Shown here: positions 40,101 to 48,894 of the stretch, one piece after another
Layout of the letters: each line of letters begins with the position of its first letter
How positions within the stretch are numbered: position 1 is the stretch's first letter
From: Sumerlaeia bacterium
Lineage (GTDB): Bacteria; Sumerlaeota; Sumerlaeia; SLMS01; JAHLLQ01
Assembly: GCA_040219255.1 (NCBI GenBank)
Contig: JAVJSW010000046.1
Span: 32,001-96,000 of the forward strand
Length of the DNA: 64,000 bases
Direction of reading: 5' to 3'
Made by a program: the position numbers and the translations under genes
Notes under the pieces: model-generated
Told to the model about the DNA's origin: nothing
Databases searched by the model: none
Seen by the model: the letters and a program-made list of their open reading frames with translations, nothing else

Positions 40101-41127
40101 TTCTGGTCTCGATGCTTTGCAAGTCTTGCTGGTGACCGATCCGGCACGGGAGCTTGGTCATAAGCCCGAACCGCCGGAACTCGATGTCCTGCGCGAGCAG
40201 CAGGGCGCCGAGCTTCTGGCCTATCGCGGTCAGCTTGATGCCACCCTCGCGCGCATCGCCCATCGAACCCGCCTGGCGCGCCAAGGCCCCGTCCGCGCCA
40301 AAGTCTCCGTTACGGAAGCCAAGCGCGCCTATGACGCCATCCACACGGAGGAAAACCCGCCCGCGCCGCGCGTGCCGCGCTTCGACGGGGACGCCTTGGG
40401 TTTCGCCGAATGGGTGCCTCCCATCGTCGCGGGCGTGTCGCCCACGCACCGCGACAGCGCCCGCAACCGTGGCACCGTGACGCACCGGTACTTGTCGTTG
40501 TTGGATTTGGAGCACCTCGCCAAGGACCCGGGGGATGCTCTCTCGCTACTCCAGGCCGAGTTGGCGCGTCTGGTCGAGGAAGGGTTCCTAACCGCCGACG
40601 AAGCGGACCTCATCGATCTCGAGTCGATCTGGCGTTTTTTCGCCTCCGAGTTAGGCAACCGAGTCCTGAAGCATCACGCCCGCGCCCGGCGCGAACGGGC
40701 GTTTACTGTGGCGGTGCCGGCGGTCGAACTGGACCGCGGCTTTCCCGCCCCCGATGAACCGATGATTTTCCAGGGCATGATCGATCTGTATTGGACCGAA
40801 CGGGACGCCAAGTCCGGCTCCGAGCGGCTGATCCTGCTCGACTTCAAGACCGACTGGTGCGGAGCCAAGGGCGAACGCGTGGCCGAACTTACCCAGTCCT
40901 ACGAGTCCCAGATGCTGCTCTACGCCGTCGGTCTCGAGAAGTCCCTCAAGCGGCCGGTGGACGAAATCTACCTCTACTTCCTGGATGCCGGCCAAGGCAG
41001 CCCACTCAAGCCGCTGCAAGGCGAACGTTGGCTCAGCGTGCTGCGCGCGGCGGCGATGGAGCAAACCGGGCCTTCACAAGACGAGCCCCCCGCGGGCGGG
41101 GCCGCCGGGCGACCCCGCCGGGCCTGA
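37156..41127 (+). CDS. addA: ATP-dependent helicase/nuclease subunit A (AddA/RecB-like)
   Basis: AGAGAGKT, TFTKAA, VDEFQD, VGDVKQSIYRFR, NYRS, TIHASKGLEF, LYVAMTRA; C-terminal QGMIDL...DFKT...Q..LY RecB-type nuclease. Start at 37156 or 37165. Confidence 0.9.
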   Translation: MNSVSQSPTWNKAQAQAIRARGQNVLVNAGAGAGKTATLVERVIQLVMGPDAHSLDELLIVTFTKAASREMRERLGKALRKALEAARLDPVKIDQIPRLQSQINILPRAQISTLHSFCLNLLRQHAGAIGLAPDFEVMADDEVRLLRHETIQEVIENALAAESDGVLFDLLSQLSPASAPDELLKIVENTIGFLEGLSDPRGWIDRLALPFYDEAADDALPLAETRAGRMLIPMVEEPLREALALYEVFLQELPGQPEKSWAQDIVAHCLEAREHLRALLRWDDATAELAGLEESAPLPDLCALLKLPPRRNAGKNPEPATAYVSVEGGVLKDALEPPAKALSQDWLQEGQTLAQVRAAIAATRPYVRLLLVDLALAASDALLEKCLDQKRLTYSHLESLTLRLLVGVDGEPTAAARDLQAETAFVLVDEFQDVNGTQAALLKAVARAGRPDAPRGEAGNLFVVGDVKQSIYRFRQADPTQFQALYRSFADFSETARAHPGARIDLLENYRSAPPLLEELNRFFAALFSPRIGAVAYDARQAFRPGLPEPAPEDDRVRLAVHLLNKDADEADFEDSVQDHEVSDREAGEQEADDLEAGEREARYLVTLIRRLHETEGVPYKDIAVLVRSASGYATKLAEAFNEYAVPFFTQANLGFLAQQEIQDVLALLRVIDNPYRDVSLVGVLRGPSGGWSEDDLARLRLLDRDGRIYDNLRLAAERDAPSIGDKARAILDCLAQWREASKREKMADLFAHLYDELNLPERLATLPNGDQRRLNLQFLQDRGVQFDRFRRKGLGQFLRFLEDLIERDQDLGTPAAEPVDDNSVKIMTIHASKGLEFPHVFIPFIGKKFNTKDLIGNAIWDRETGFAVKFFPGAKYGEKRSSAAPALLRKALEDQARGEELRLLYVAMTRAKQSVTMIGTAKKMADVVSKHQEALAAGESRTGLENVEETAAAKSFLDWTLLALRGRAEFLAVSADTPQNVSGLDALQVLLVTDPARELGHKPEPPELDVLREQQGAELLAYRGQLDATLARIAHRTRLARQGPVRAKVSVTEAKRAYDAIHTEENPPAPRVPRFDGDALGFAEWVPPIVAGVSPTHRDSARNRGTVTHRYLSLLDLEHLAKDPGDALSLLQAELARLVEEGFLTADEADLIDLESIWRFFASELGNRVLKHHARARRERAFTVAVPAVELDRGFPAPDEPMIFQGMIDLYWTERDAKSGSERLILLDFKTDWCGAKGERVAELTQSYESQMLLYAVGLEKSLKRPVDEIYLYFLDAGQGSPLKPLQGERWLSVLRAAAMEQTGPSQDEPPAGGAAGRPRRA

Positions 41128-41148
41128 TACCCGCCCCCTCCGGGGGGC

Positions 41149-42933
41149 TCAGTGCCCCGCCTCCTGGTTGGCTGTTTTCATCAGAGCGAGCATCTGGACG
41201 TAATTCTTCGCTCCGAACATTTCGCTGCGCAGTGCCGAGTTTTCACCGAAGGACTTGCCGATATCGGCCAGCACCTCCAACTGGGCGCCATTGTCTTCGC
41301 TGTCGGTGATGATCATAAAGATCAGGTGAGCCGGCTTGCCATCGCGCGCGTCGAAGTCCACACCATCGCGCGAGACCCCCATGGCCACCACCGGCGTCCC
41401 CCAATTCGGGATGCGCGCGTGCGGCACGGCGATGCCCTGGCCCACGCCGGTCGACATTTGGCTCTCGCGCTCGCACACCGCCCGGGCTACGACTTCGACT
41501 TCGACATTCTTGGTCGCTTTCGCGACCGCTTCCGAGAGTTCCTGGATGACCCCCTCGCGGGTGCGATTGTACAGGTCCGCAACAAAGGTCTTCTCCGTCA
41601 CCAGGTCCACGATCCGGTGCGGTTTCGGAGCCTTCAGGAGGCGTTGGATCACCGGTCCGCTCATCATGGAAGTCACCAGCGCCATGATGACCAGCGCGAC
41701 GAACAGCTCTTCGCCGATCAGTCCCGCTTCCAGAGCCAGCAGGCCCAGAATGATTTCCATCGTGCCGCGGGCGTTCAGGCCGAAGCCCAGCACCCAAGAT
41801 TCGCGCCATCCCAGCCCGCTGATGCGCCCGCTGATTCCGCAACCCAACACCTTGCCCACGCACGCGATGAACAGGACCACGAGAGTCAGCAGCAGGTCGA
41901 AGTTGGTGATGAAGTTCACCGTCAGGCCGACGCTCGCGAAAAACAGTGGCGCGAAAATGAAGCTGATGAACTCGTGGAGAATGGAACGTGTTTTCTGCTT
42001 GAGGTGCGACGAATCGCCCAGCGCCACGCCCACCAGGAACGAACCGAAAATGGCGTGGATGCCGATGTATTCCGTGAAGGCGGCGCCGAACAGGGCGAGC
42101 GCCATTGCAAGTCCGATGGCGCTGCCCGGCCATGTGAAGTGGGCTTGCAGGAATGGCAGCGTCCGGTGGATCGCCATTCGCCCGATCGTCAGCATAAAAC
42201 CGGCGAAGCCCAGAGTCAGGACGATCACCCAGCCGATGGGGAGCTTCTCGTCGGCCACCACCTCCGTCCCATAGTTCCCCATGGCTTCCGGCTGTTTCGC
42301 CATCATGCCAAGGATAAGCGCGAAAATGATCCAGCCCACCAGGTCGTTGAAAATCGCCGCCGCCACCGTGATCATGCCGATGTCGCTGCGGTAGAGGTTC
42401 AAATCCATCAAGGTCTTGGCGATGACCGGCAGCGCCGAAATGGACAATGCGGTCGCGATAAAAAGCGAGAACGTGAACCGGTCGCTGCCGACCTCCATCC
42501 CCAGCAGAACCGGCGCGAACCAGCCTAGTCCGAACCCCATGGCGAAGGGCACGATCATCCCACCCAGTCCCACGATCAGCGCCCGTTTCCCCTGGGACCA
42601 GACCATGGAGAGATCGACCTCCAGGCCAGCCACCAAAAGGAACAGCGTGATACATAGGACAAAGAAGCCTTCGTAGAAGGCGGACACCGTTCCCTCCGAA
42701 GGGAAGAGGGTTTCCAGGGCTCCAGGAAAAAGAGCACCGAACAGCGTCGGACCGAGCAGCACGCCGGCGAGAAGTTCACCGAGCACCGAGGGCTGACCGA
42801 GGCGCTGGGCGGCTTCGCCGAACAGGCGGGCCACAAGCAGCAGGACGCCAAGGCCCAGCAGGACCATGGCGATCTCTTTCGTCGTCATCGAACCGCCAGC
42901 GGCGATCAGGAAAAGCGGGGAAAGGTCGGGCAT
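41149..42933 (-). CDS. Cation:proton antiporter (CPA2) fused to a PTS EIIA-like domain
   Basis: GELLAGVLLGP, SISALPVI, IFNDL, NARG; C-terminal ERE..STGVGQGIAVPHAR EIIA motif. Start at 42933 or 42888. Confidence 0.9.
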   Translation of the reverse strand: MPDLSPLFLIAAGGSMTTKEIAMVLLGLGVLLLVARLFGEAAQRLGQPSVLGELLAGVLLGPTLFGALFPGALETLFPSEGTVSAFYEGFFVLCITLFLLVAGLEVDLSMVWSQGKRALIVGLGGMIVPFAMGFGLGWFAPVLLGMEVGSDRFTFSLFIATALSISALPVIAKTLMDLNLYRSDIGMITVAAAIFNDLVGWIIFALILGMMAKQPEAMGNYGTEVVADEKLPIGWVIVLTLGFAGFMLTIGRMAIHRTLPFLQAHFTWPGSAIGLAMALALFGAAFTEYIGIHAIFGSFLVGVALGDSSHLKQKTRSILHEFISFIFAPLFFASVGLTVNFITNFDLLLTLVVLFIACVGKVLGCGISGRISGLGWRESWVLGFGLNARGTMEIILGLLALEAGLIGEELFVALVIMALVTSMMSGPVIQRLLKAPKPHRIVDLVTEKTFVADLYNRTREGVIQELSEAVAKATKNVEVEVVARAVCERESQMSTGVGQGIAVPHARIPNWGTPVVAMGVSRDGVDFDARDGKPAHLIFMIITDSEDNGAQLEVLADIGKSFGENSALRSEMFGAKNYVQMLALMKTANQEAGH

Positions 42934-43229
42934 AGGGAGACGGCCTTTTCGTCAGCGATGTGGGATGGCGCCCCTGGAGCAAGCCGCGGGCCAAGCACAA
43001 AATCCAATTCCACGCATAAATAAGTCCCGATGGGGATGTCAACAATCGGCGCCTCGGCGCCATTGCCTGCGTTAGCAAGTCGCGAGGAAATGGCTTGCAC
43101 TCGCTCAACGGCGACTCGCATCAAGACCCCTCGCGGCTCGATGAACTCCTTGATGCGAACCCGCGTCTGAATTGACCAGATTGCCACTTCTTCCGCCAGG
43201 CGATATCACAAGGGACCAGTCCGCGACCC

Positions 43230-44390
43230 ATGCGCATCCTCCACACCATGGCTTCCCATCGTTGGACCGGAGCCGCCGAACCGGCAGCCCGGCAGGCACT
43301 CGCCGAGCAGCAATGCGGCGCGGAGGTCCTCTTCGCCCTGAGCGGCCGCGCCTCTCTCCAGAAGAAGGCGTCCGAACTCGGCCTGAACACATCGAGCGAT
43401 GTGCGCTTCCATCGCAAGTATTTCCCCTGGCGCAAGATCGAGGACGTGCTGCGCCTGCGCGCTTTGATCCGCGATTTCCGCCCCGACGTGCTGCATTGCC
43501 ATCTGACCCACGATCACTGCCTGGCCGCCGCCGCGCTCGCCGGACAGAAAGACCCCAAACCCGTTGTGGTCCGCACCTTCCACCGGGGAACCGTTCACAC
43601 CGGCTTGGCGCATCGCGCTCTGCTGATGCCCCGCACCCAGGGTGCCGTCGCCATTTCTCGCGAAATCGCCAGTCAACTCTGCAACACATTCGGCATGCGC
43701 GAAGAGGACATTTACCTGCACCGCGGCGGAGTCGATCTGACGGTCTTCCGGCCGACGAATCGCGGAGCGCGCCTGCGAGAGAAGTGGGGTATTTCCGCCG
43801 ATGCGCCAGTGATCGGCCTGATCAGCCGTATTCGCATCGCCCGCGGCCATGAATGGCTGCTCGAGGCCGCCGCCGACGCTTTGCCTCTGGTTCCCCAAGC
43901 GCGTCTCGTCATCTGCGGTCGAGGCAACTGGCAGAAGCAAATGGTCAAACTGCTCAAGACCCATCCGGCCCGCGATCAAATCGTCTACGCTGGATATATC
44001 TACAGCCCGGACCTGGAGGATGCCTACAACGCTTTCGACGTCTCGCTGCTCCTGCGCCCGGGAAACGACGGCACCTGCCGCAGCGCTCTGGAAACGATGG
44101 CCTGCGGCCGGCCCGTGATCGCCGGCGATATGGGCGCTCTCAAGGACCTTCTCGAAGACGGCCGCGCCGGATGGATGGTTCCCAACGATGATCGCCCGGC
44201 CCTGGCCAATGCGATGGTGGAAGCCCTCACCCGCCCGGACCTGCGCGAGGAACGGGGACGCCACGCTCTCTGGTACGCCCGTGAATTCTGCAACGTCGAA
44301 AAGCTCGGTCCCCGCATGCTGGCCTACTACAAAAGCCTTCTGCGCCGCCGCGAGTTGCCCGAAGGTTTGCAGCTTCCCCAGTTTGGCTGA
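43230..44390 (+). CDS. Glycosyltransferase family 4
   Basis: MRILH, RPDVLHCH, GGVD, LETMACGRPVI. Confidence 0.88.
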   Translation: MRILHTMASHRWTGAAEPAARQALAEQQCGAEVLFALSGRASLQKKASELGLNTSSDVRFHRKYFPWRKIEDVLRLRALIRDFRPDVLHCHLTHDHCLAAAALAGQKDPKPVVVRTFHRGTVHTGLAHRALLMPRTQGAVAISREIASQLCNTFGMREEDIYLHRGGVDLTVFRPTNRGARLREKWGISADAPVIGLISRIRIARGHEWLLEAAADALPLVPQARLVICGRGNWQKQMVKLLKTHPARDQIVYAGYIYSPDLEDAYNAFDVSLLLRPGNDGTCRSALETMACGRPVIAGDMGALKDLLEDGRAGWMVPNDDRPALANAMVEALTRPDLREERGRHALWYAREFCNVEKLGPRMLAYYKSLLRRRELPEGLQLPQFG

Positions 44391-44513
44391 ATACCTTCCA
44401 ATTTCTTCGATGCCTCGAAGAAAACCGGCCGTTTTGCGTTGAATCCTCCGGCACCGTTTCCGCTTCTGGTCCCCGCAACCGACGCCAGGTAACGAAGGGA
44501 AACCGCCCCTGCG

Positions 44514-47240
44514 ATGGGAGTTCTGCAAGACACATTCGAGAAAATCGACCGCGACTTCGGCTTCCTCGTCGACGCCTTCGGCGAGGTGTTGACCGACATC
44601 GGCGAGGACGATCTGGCTGAGGTTCTGCCCCGCTTCGGCCCCAATCCTCCCGACTCGCCCATGCCTCCCCTGGGGCTCGAACCGACGCGGGAAATCCACC
44701 TGCTCTCCATCGTCTTGCAGTTCCTCAATCTGGTGGAGGAAAACGCCGCCGCTCAGGCGCGCCGCGTGCGCGAAGCCAGCCCCACCGATCCCGGCGAACC
44801 GGGTCTCTGGCGCCGCCGCCTCCGCGAACTGAAAGCTGAGGGTCTGACCGACGCCGAAATCGCCGAAGCTCTCGACGAAATCCTTGTCGAACCCGTGCTC
44901 ACCGCGCACCCCACGGAGGCCAAACGCCCCACCGTACTCCACACCCACCGCCAGATCTACACCCTGCTCCTGGACCTGGAGAACCAGATGTGGACCCCGG
45001 CCGAACGCCAGGAAATCCACCGCCGCATCAAGGGCGCTCTCGAACGGCTTTGGCGCACCGGCGAAATACGCCTCGACAAACCCGACGTCGCCTCCGAGTT
45101 GGACAATATGCTCCACTATCTTAAGGAGGTCTTCCCGCCCTCGCTCCAACGCCTCGACTTGCGCCTGCGCCAAGCCTGGGCCGCCGCCGACCTCGACCCG
45201 GCCCTGATCGCCGAGCCGGCCCGCCTGCCCCGCCTCGCCTTTGGCGATTGGGTTGGCGGAGACCGCGACGGCCATCCCCTCGTGACTGCCGAGGTCACAC
45301 GCCAGACCCTGGCCAAGCTGCGCTCCACGGCACTTGCCGTCCTCCAGCAGCACCTCAATACCCTCGTCGATCACCTCAGTCTCTCGCAGGCCATGCACGA
45401 TGCGCCGCTGCGGTTTCTCGACCGCCTCGACGAGCTTCTCGTGCGCTTTCCCGAGACCGGACGGCGCTTCGCTTCGCGCTTCAAGGCCGAGCCCTGGCGC
45501 CAGTACGCCGCCCTGATGATGGCCCGCGTCACCAGTACCCAGCAGGATCGCCCCAAGGGCTACGCGCGCGCCGAGGAACTCGTCGACGACCTCGTTTTCC
45601 TGCGCGAATCCCTGAAGGAAGTGGGCGCCCACCTGATCGCCGACCTGGAAGTCGCGCCGGTCGAACGGCTTGCGCGCACCTTCGGTTTCCACATGGCCAA
45701 GCTCGACATCCGCCAGAACAGCGCCTTTCACGATCGCGCCCTCTCGCAGTTGATGGAAGCCGCCGGATTCGCCGATTGCGATTTCGCCAATTGGCACGAA
45801 GCGAAGCGCCTCGAGTTTCTCAACGCCGAACTCCGCAACCTGCGTCCCCTCGTTCCCCGCAAGGCCCGTCTCGGCGCCGAAGCCCAGGCCGTTCTCGAAT
45901 GCTATCAGGTCATCGCCGACCATGCCGATCAGTACGGCACCGCCGGTCTGGGCGCGCTCATCATCAGCATGACCCGCAGCCTTTCCGACCTTCTGACCGT
46001 TTACATGTTCTGCCGCGAGGTCGGCCTCTTGCGGCGCGAACCGGACGGCGGTCTCTGGTGTCCGCTTCAGGTGGTGCCGCTCCTCGAAACCATCGCCGAT
46101 TTGGAAGCCGCGCCGGAAATCCTCTCCGGCTACTTCGCCCATCCCATCACCCGTCTCAGCCTCGAAAAATCCACCCTGGCGGGCTCCCGCCCCGTTCAGC
46201 AGGTCATGGTCGGATACAGCGACAGCAACAAAGACGGCGGCATTCTCGCGAGCCAGTGGGGCCTTCACGCCGCGCAAACCGCCATTGCGGCCATGGGCCG
46301 CCGGCAAGGCGTCAACATCGCCTTCTTCCACGGCCGCGGGGGGACCCCCAGCCGAGGCGCCGGACCCGTCCACCGCTTCCTCGACGCCCTGCCCCACGGG
46401 TCCCTCGGCGGCCAGTTCCGCGTGACCGAACAGGGCGAAACCATCGCCCAAAAATACGCCAACATCGGCACCGCCACCTACAATCTGGAATTGCTGATGG
46501 CTGGCGTGCTGACGACGACGCTCAAGCACCGGGAGGACGAGGAGCGGGACGAGGAACTGATCGCCGTCATCGAGCGTCTCGCCGACGACAGCCGCCAGGT
46601 TTATCAGGCTCTGCTGAAACGCCCGGGCTTCATCCGCTTCTGGGAGCGAGCCACCCCCATCGACGTCCTCGAACGCAGCGCCATCGGCTCTCGCCCGAGC
46701 CGCCGCACCGGCCGCAAAGAACGCTCCCTCGACGACCTGCGCGCCATCCCGTGGGTCTTCTCGTGGAATCAGGCCCGCTACTACCTGCCGGGCTGGTACG
46801 GTCTCGGTGCCGCCCTCGCTCGTGCCCGGGCCGAACGGCCCGTCGACTGGGACATCCTCCGCGACCGAGGCACCCGCCAGCCCTTCCTGCGCAACGTGCT
46901 CTACAACGCCGAAACCAGCCTCGCCTCCGCCGACCTCGGCCTCATGCTCGACTACGCCTCCCTCGTATCCGACGAAGCCTTGCGAGCCGAATTCTACGAC
47001 CTCATCGCCCGCGAGCACGGTCTCGTCGGCGAAACCATCGACGATCTCTTCGGGCAATCCCGCGAGCAACGCCGCCCCCGCATGCTCAAGACCATCCGCC
47101 TGCGCGAAGAAGGCCTTCGGCGTCTCCACAGCCACCAGATCGCCCTCCTGCGCAGCTGGCGCAGCGGCCGAGAAGAACTCCTCCCGCGCCTCCTTCTCAG
47201 CGTGAACGCCATCGCCAGTGGCCTGAGAACCACGGGGTGA
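44514..47240 (+). CDS. ppc: Phosphoenolpyruvate carboxylase
   Basis: VLTAHPTE, GGDRDG, MVGYSDSNKDGG, FHGRGG, LRAIPWVFSW, GLRTTG C-terminus. Confidence 0.97.
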   Translation: MGVLQDTFEKIDRDFGFLVDAFGEVLTDIGEDDLAEVLPRFGPNPPDSPMPPLGLEPTREIHLLSIVLQFLNLVEENAAAQARRVREASPTDPGEPGLWRRRLRELKAEGLTDAEIAEALDEILVEPVLTAHPTEAKRPTVLHTHRQIYTLLLDLENQMWTPAERQEIHRRIKGALERLWRTGEIRLDKPDVASELDNMLHYLKEVFPPSLQRLDLRLRQAWAAADLDPALIAEPARLPRLAFGDWVGGDRDGHPLVTAEVTRQTLAKLRSTALAVLQQHLNTLVDHLSLSQAMHDAPLRFLDRLDELLVRFPETGRRFASRFKAEPWRQYAALMMARVTSTQQDRPKGYARAEELVDDLVFLRESLKEVGAHLIADLEVAPVERLARTFGFHMAKLDIRQNSAFHDRALSQLMEAAGFADCDFANWHEAKRLEFLNAELRNLRPLVPRKARLGAEAQAVLECYQVIADHADQYGTAGLGALIISMTRSLSDLLTVYMFCREVGLLRREPDGGLWCPLQVVPLLETIADLEAAPEILSGYFAHPITRLSLEKSTLAGSRPVQQVMVGYSDSNKDGGILASQWGLHAAQTAIAAMGRRQGVNIAFFHGRGGTPSRGAGPVHRFLDALPHGSLGGQFRVTEQGETIAQKYANIGTATYNLELLMAGVLTTTLKHREDEERDEELIAVIERLADDSRQVYQALLKRPGFIRFWERATPIDVLERSAIGSRPSRRTGRKERSLDDLRAIPWVFSWNQARYYLPGWYGLGAALARARAERPVDWDILRDRGTRQPFLRNVLYNAETSLASADLGLMLDYASLVSDEALRAEFYDLIAREHGLVGETIDDLFGQSREQRRPRMLKTIRLREEGLRRLHSHQIALLRSWRSGREELLPRLLLSVNAIASGLRTTG

Positions 47241-47242
47241 CG

Positions 47243-48106
47243 ATGCCTGCTGGGCCAACGCTCATCCTCTTCGCTTCCGATATCCACATCGGCCAAACCG
47301 AGGTGGACACGGCGCATCGGCTGCGCGAGGTGGTGTCTAGAGAGGTGGCCCTCCGAAACGGCTGCTTGGCCGGAGTTTTTTTCCTCGGCGATGTTGGCGA
47401 GAGCCTGCGCGATGTGGCCGGCTGCCTGTCAGCGTTGGGCGGTCTCGCCCCGGTGCAGGTCATGATCCCGGGGAATCACGACCTCTTCGACACCGAACGC
47501 ATCGGCTCCAGCAAGTCCAAGTACGAGAATCATCTACCTCGGGTAGTCCGCGAAGCCGGATGGACCTGGGGCGAAAACGGACCCGTCATCCTCGCCGAGC
47601 ACGACCTCGCCATCGTCCTCAGTCCCGCCTGGGCCAGCCCCGGGCACCTGCCCGAAAAGATGCGCGGCATTTCCCGCGCGGAAATCTTCGAAGCCCGCCG
47701 CGAAACCCTTCCCGACGGCCAATGGATTACCAGCGACTGGGACGATGACGCCGAATCGACGCGGATGCTCGGGCGATTTCGAGCCAACCTCGAAGCCATT
47801 CCGCCCGCCATTGGCCGCGTCATCGCCGGGACGCACGTGCCGCCCTTTGTCGAAATGATGGGGAAACGCGACGCCATGGACGGTCGCAGTCCCTGGTTTG
47901 TCTCGCACCGTTTTGGAGAAGCCATCGTGGCCGCAAACCGCTCGCGCGAGAGGACTTGGATCACCCACGTCCTCTCCGGCCACACCCACGATCTGGTCCA
48001 GGTCAGCATCCCCTGGCATCCGAACCGCCCGGCCCTGCAATGCCGTAGCCTGGGCGGCAGCGTCGGCGACCCAGGGTGGGTGTTATTGGAAGTAGAGGAT
48101 CGTTAG
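47243..48106 (+). CDS. Calcineurin-like metallophosphoesterase
   Basis: SDIH, GD, GNHD, THVPP, GHTH motifs in the 3' part of ORF 45248-48106. Confidence 0.85.
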   Translation: MPAGPTLILFASDIHIGQTEVDTAHRLREVVSREVALRNGCLAGVFFLGDVGESLRDVAGCLSALGGLAPVQVMIPGNHDLFDTERIGSSKSKYENHLPRVVREAGWTWGENGPVILAEHDLAIVLSPAWASPGHLPEKMRGISRAEIFEARRETLPDGQWITSDWDDDAESTRMLGRFRANLEAIPPAIGRVIAGTHVPPFVEMMGKRDAMDGRSPWFVSHRFGEAIVAANRSRERTWITHVLSGHTHDLVQVSIPWHPNRPALQCRSLGGSVGDPGWVLLEVEDR

Positions 48107-48894
48107 AAACCCTCCAACCGATAACGGCCCTCAGTTCCAACAACTCGAGCCCGCCGCTCGAACAGCTTTTCCATGTACTCATCCGTCAGGGCCTCGCGGC
48201 GTTCACCCTGAAATACAACTTCGCCTTTCTTGAGCAATAGTGCCCGCTTCAGCCACCCCCTTACTTCCTCCAGGTGATGCGTCACGAAGATCACCGTCGG
48301 CGCACCGGGGGCGGTCATGACTTGTTCGATGTCGTTGAGGAAATCCTCGCGCGCTGCCGGGTCGAGGCCTGCGCAGGCTTCATCCAAAATCAGCAATTCC
48401 GGCCGCGTCACCAGCGCCCGCGCCACCATCAGCCGCTGCCGCTCGCCCTGGCTCGACACGCCGTAAGCCCTATCGTGCAAGTACTCTATGCCCATGTAGG
48501 CCATGGCCGCGCGGGCGTCCTCTTTTTCGGCGGGGGAGAATTCCTCCCACGACCGCAACGCCGCCCTCGGGCCGTTGATCACGACTTCCAGGCCGCTTTG
48601 CGCGCCGTTCAGGCGATGGCTCAGGGCGCTGCTGACCCAGCCGATGCGCCGCCGCAGGTCCGGAATCCGGGCGCCATCGCCGAAGGTCTCGCCGAAAAGT
48701 TCGACACGTCCCGAAGTCACCCATTCATAGCCGCAGATGACATTGAGCAGACTGGTCTTACCGCACCCGTTCGGCCCAAAGAGAAGCCAGGCATCCCCAC
48801 GGTCGATGCGCCAGGACACGTTCTTCAATATCGTGACACCATCGCGAACGAGGGTCACATTCCGGAGTTCAATCAGTGGCCGGCTGTCCGTCAT
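48103..48894 (-). CDS. ABC ATP-binding protein (ModF/YlmA-like)
   Basis: GPNGCGKT, SQGERQR, LDEACAGLD, VTHH; ATGA overlap with the upstream gene. Confidence 0.88.
   Translation of the reverse strand: MTDSRPLIELRNVTLVRDGVTILKNVSWRIDRGDAWLLFGPNGCGKTSLLNVICGYEWVTSGRVELFGETFGDGARIPDLRRRIGWVSSALSHRLNGAQSGLEVVINGPRAALRSWEEFSPAEKEDARAAMAYMGIEYLHDRAYGVSSQGERQRLMVARALVTRPELLILDEACAGLDPAAREDFLNDIEQVMTAPGAPTVIFVTHHLEEVRGWLKRALLLKKGEVVFQGERREALTDEYMEKLFERRARVVGTEGRYRLEGF

Noticed and set aside
45248-47242. Long N-terminal extension of ORF 45248-48106
   Set aside because: Alternative frame inside ppc; the real metallophosphoesterase starts near 47243.
43206-47258. 1350-aa minus-strand ORF
   Set aside because: Antisense shadow of the GT4 gene and ppc, typical of high-GC codon bias; no recognisable motifs.
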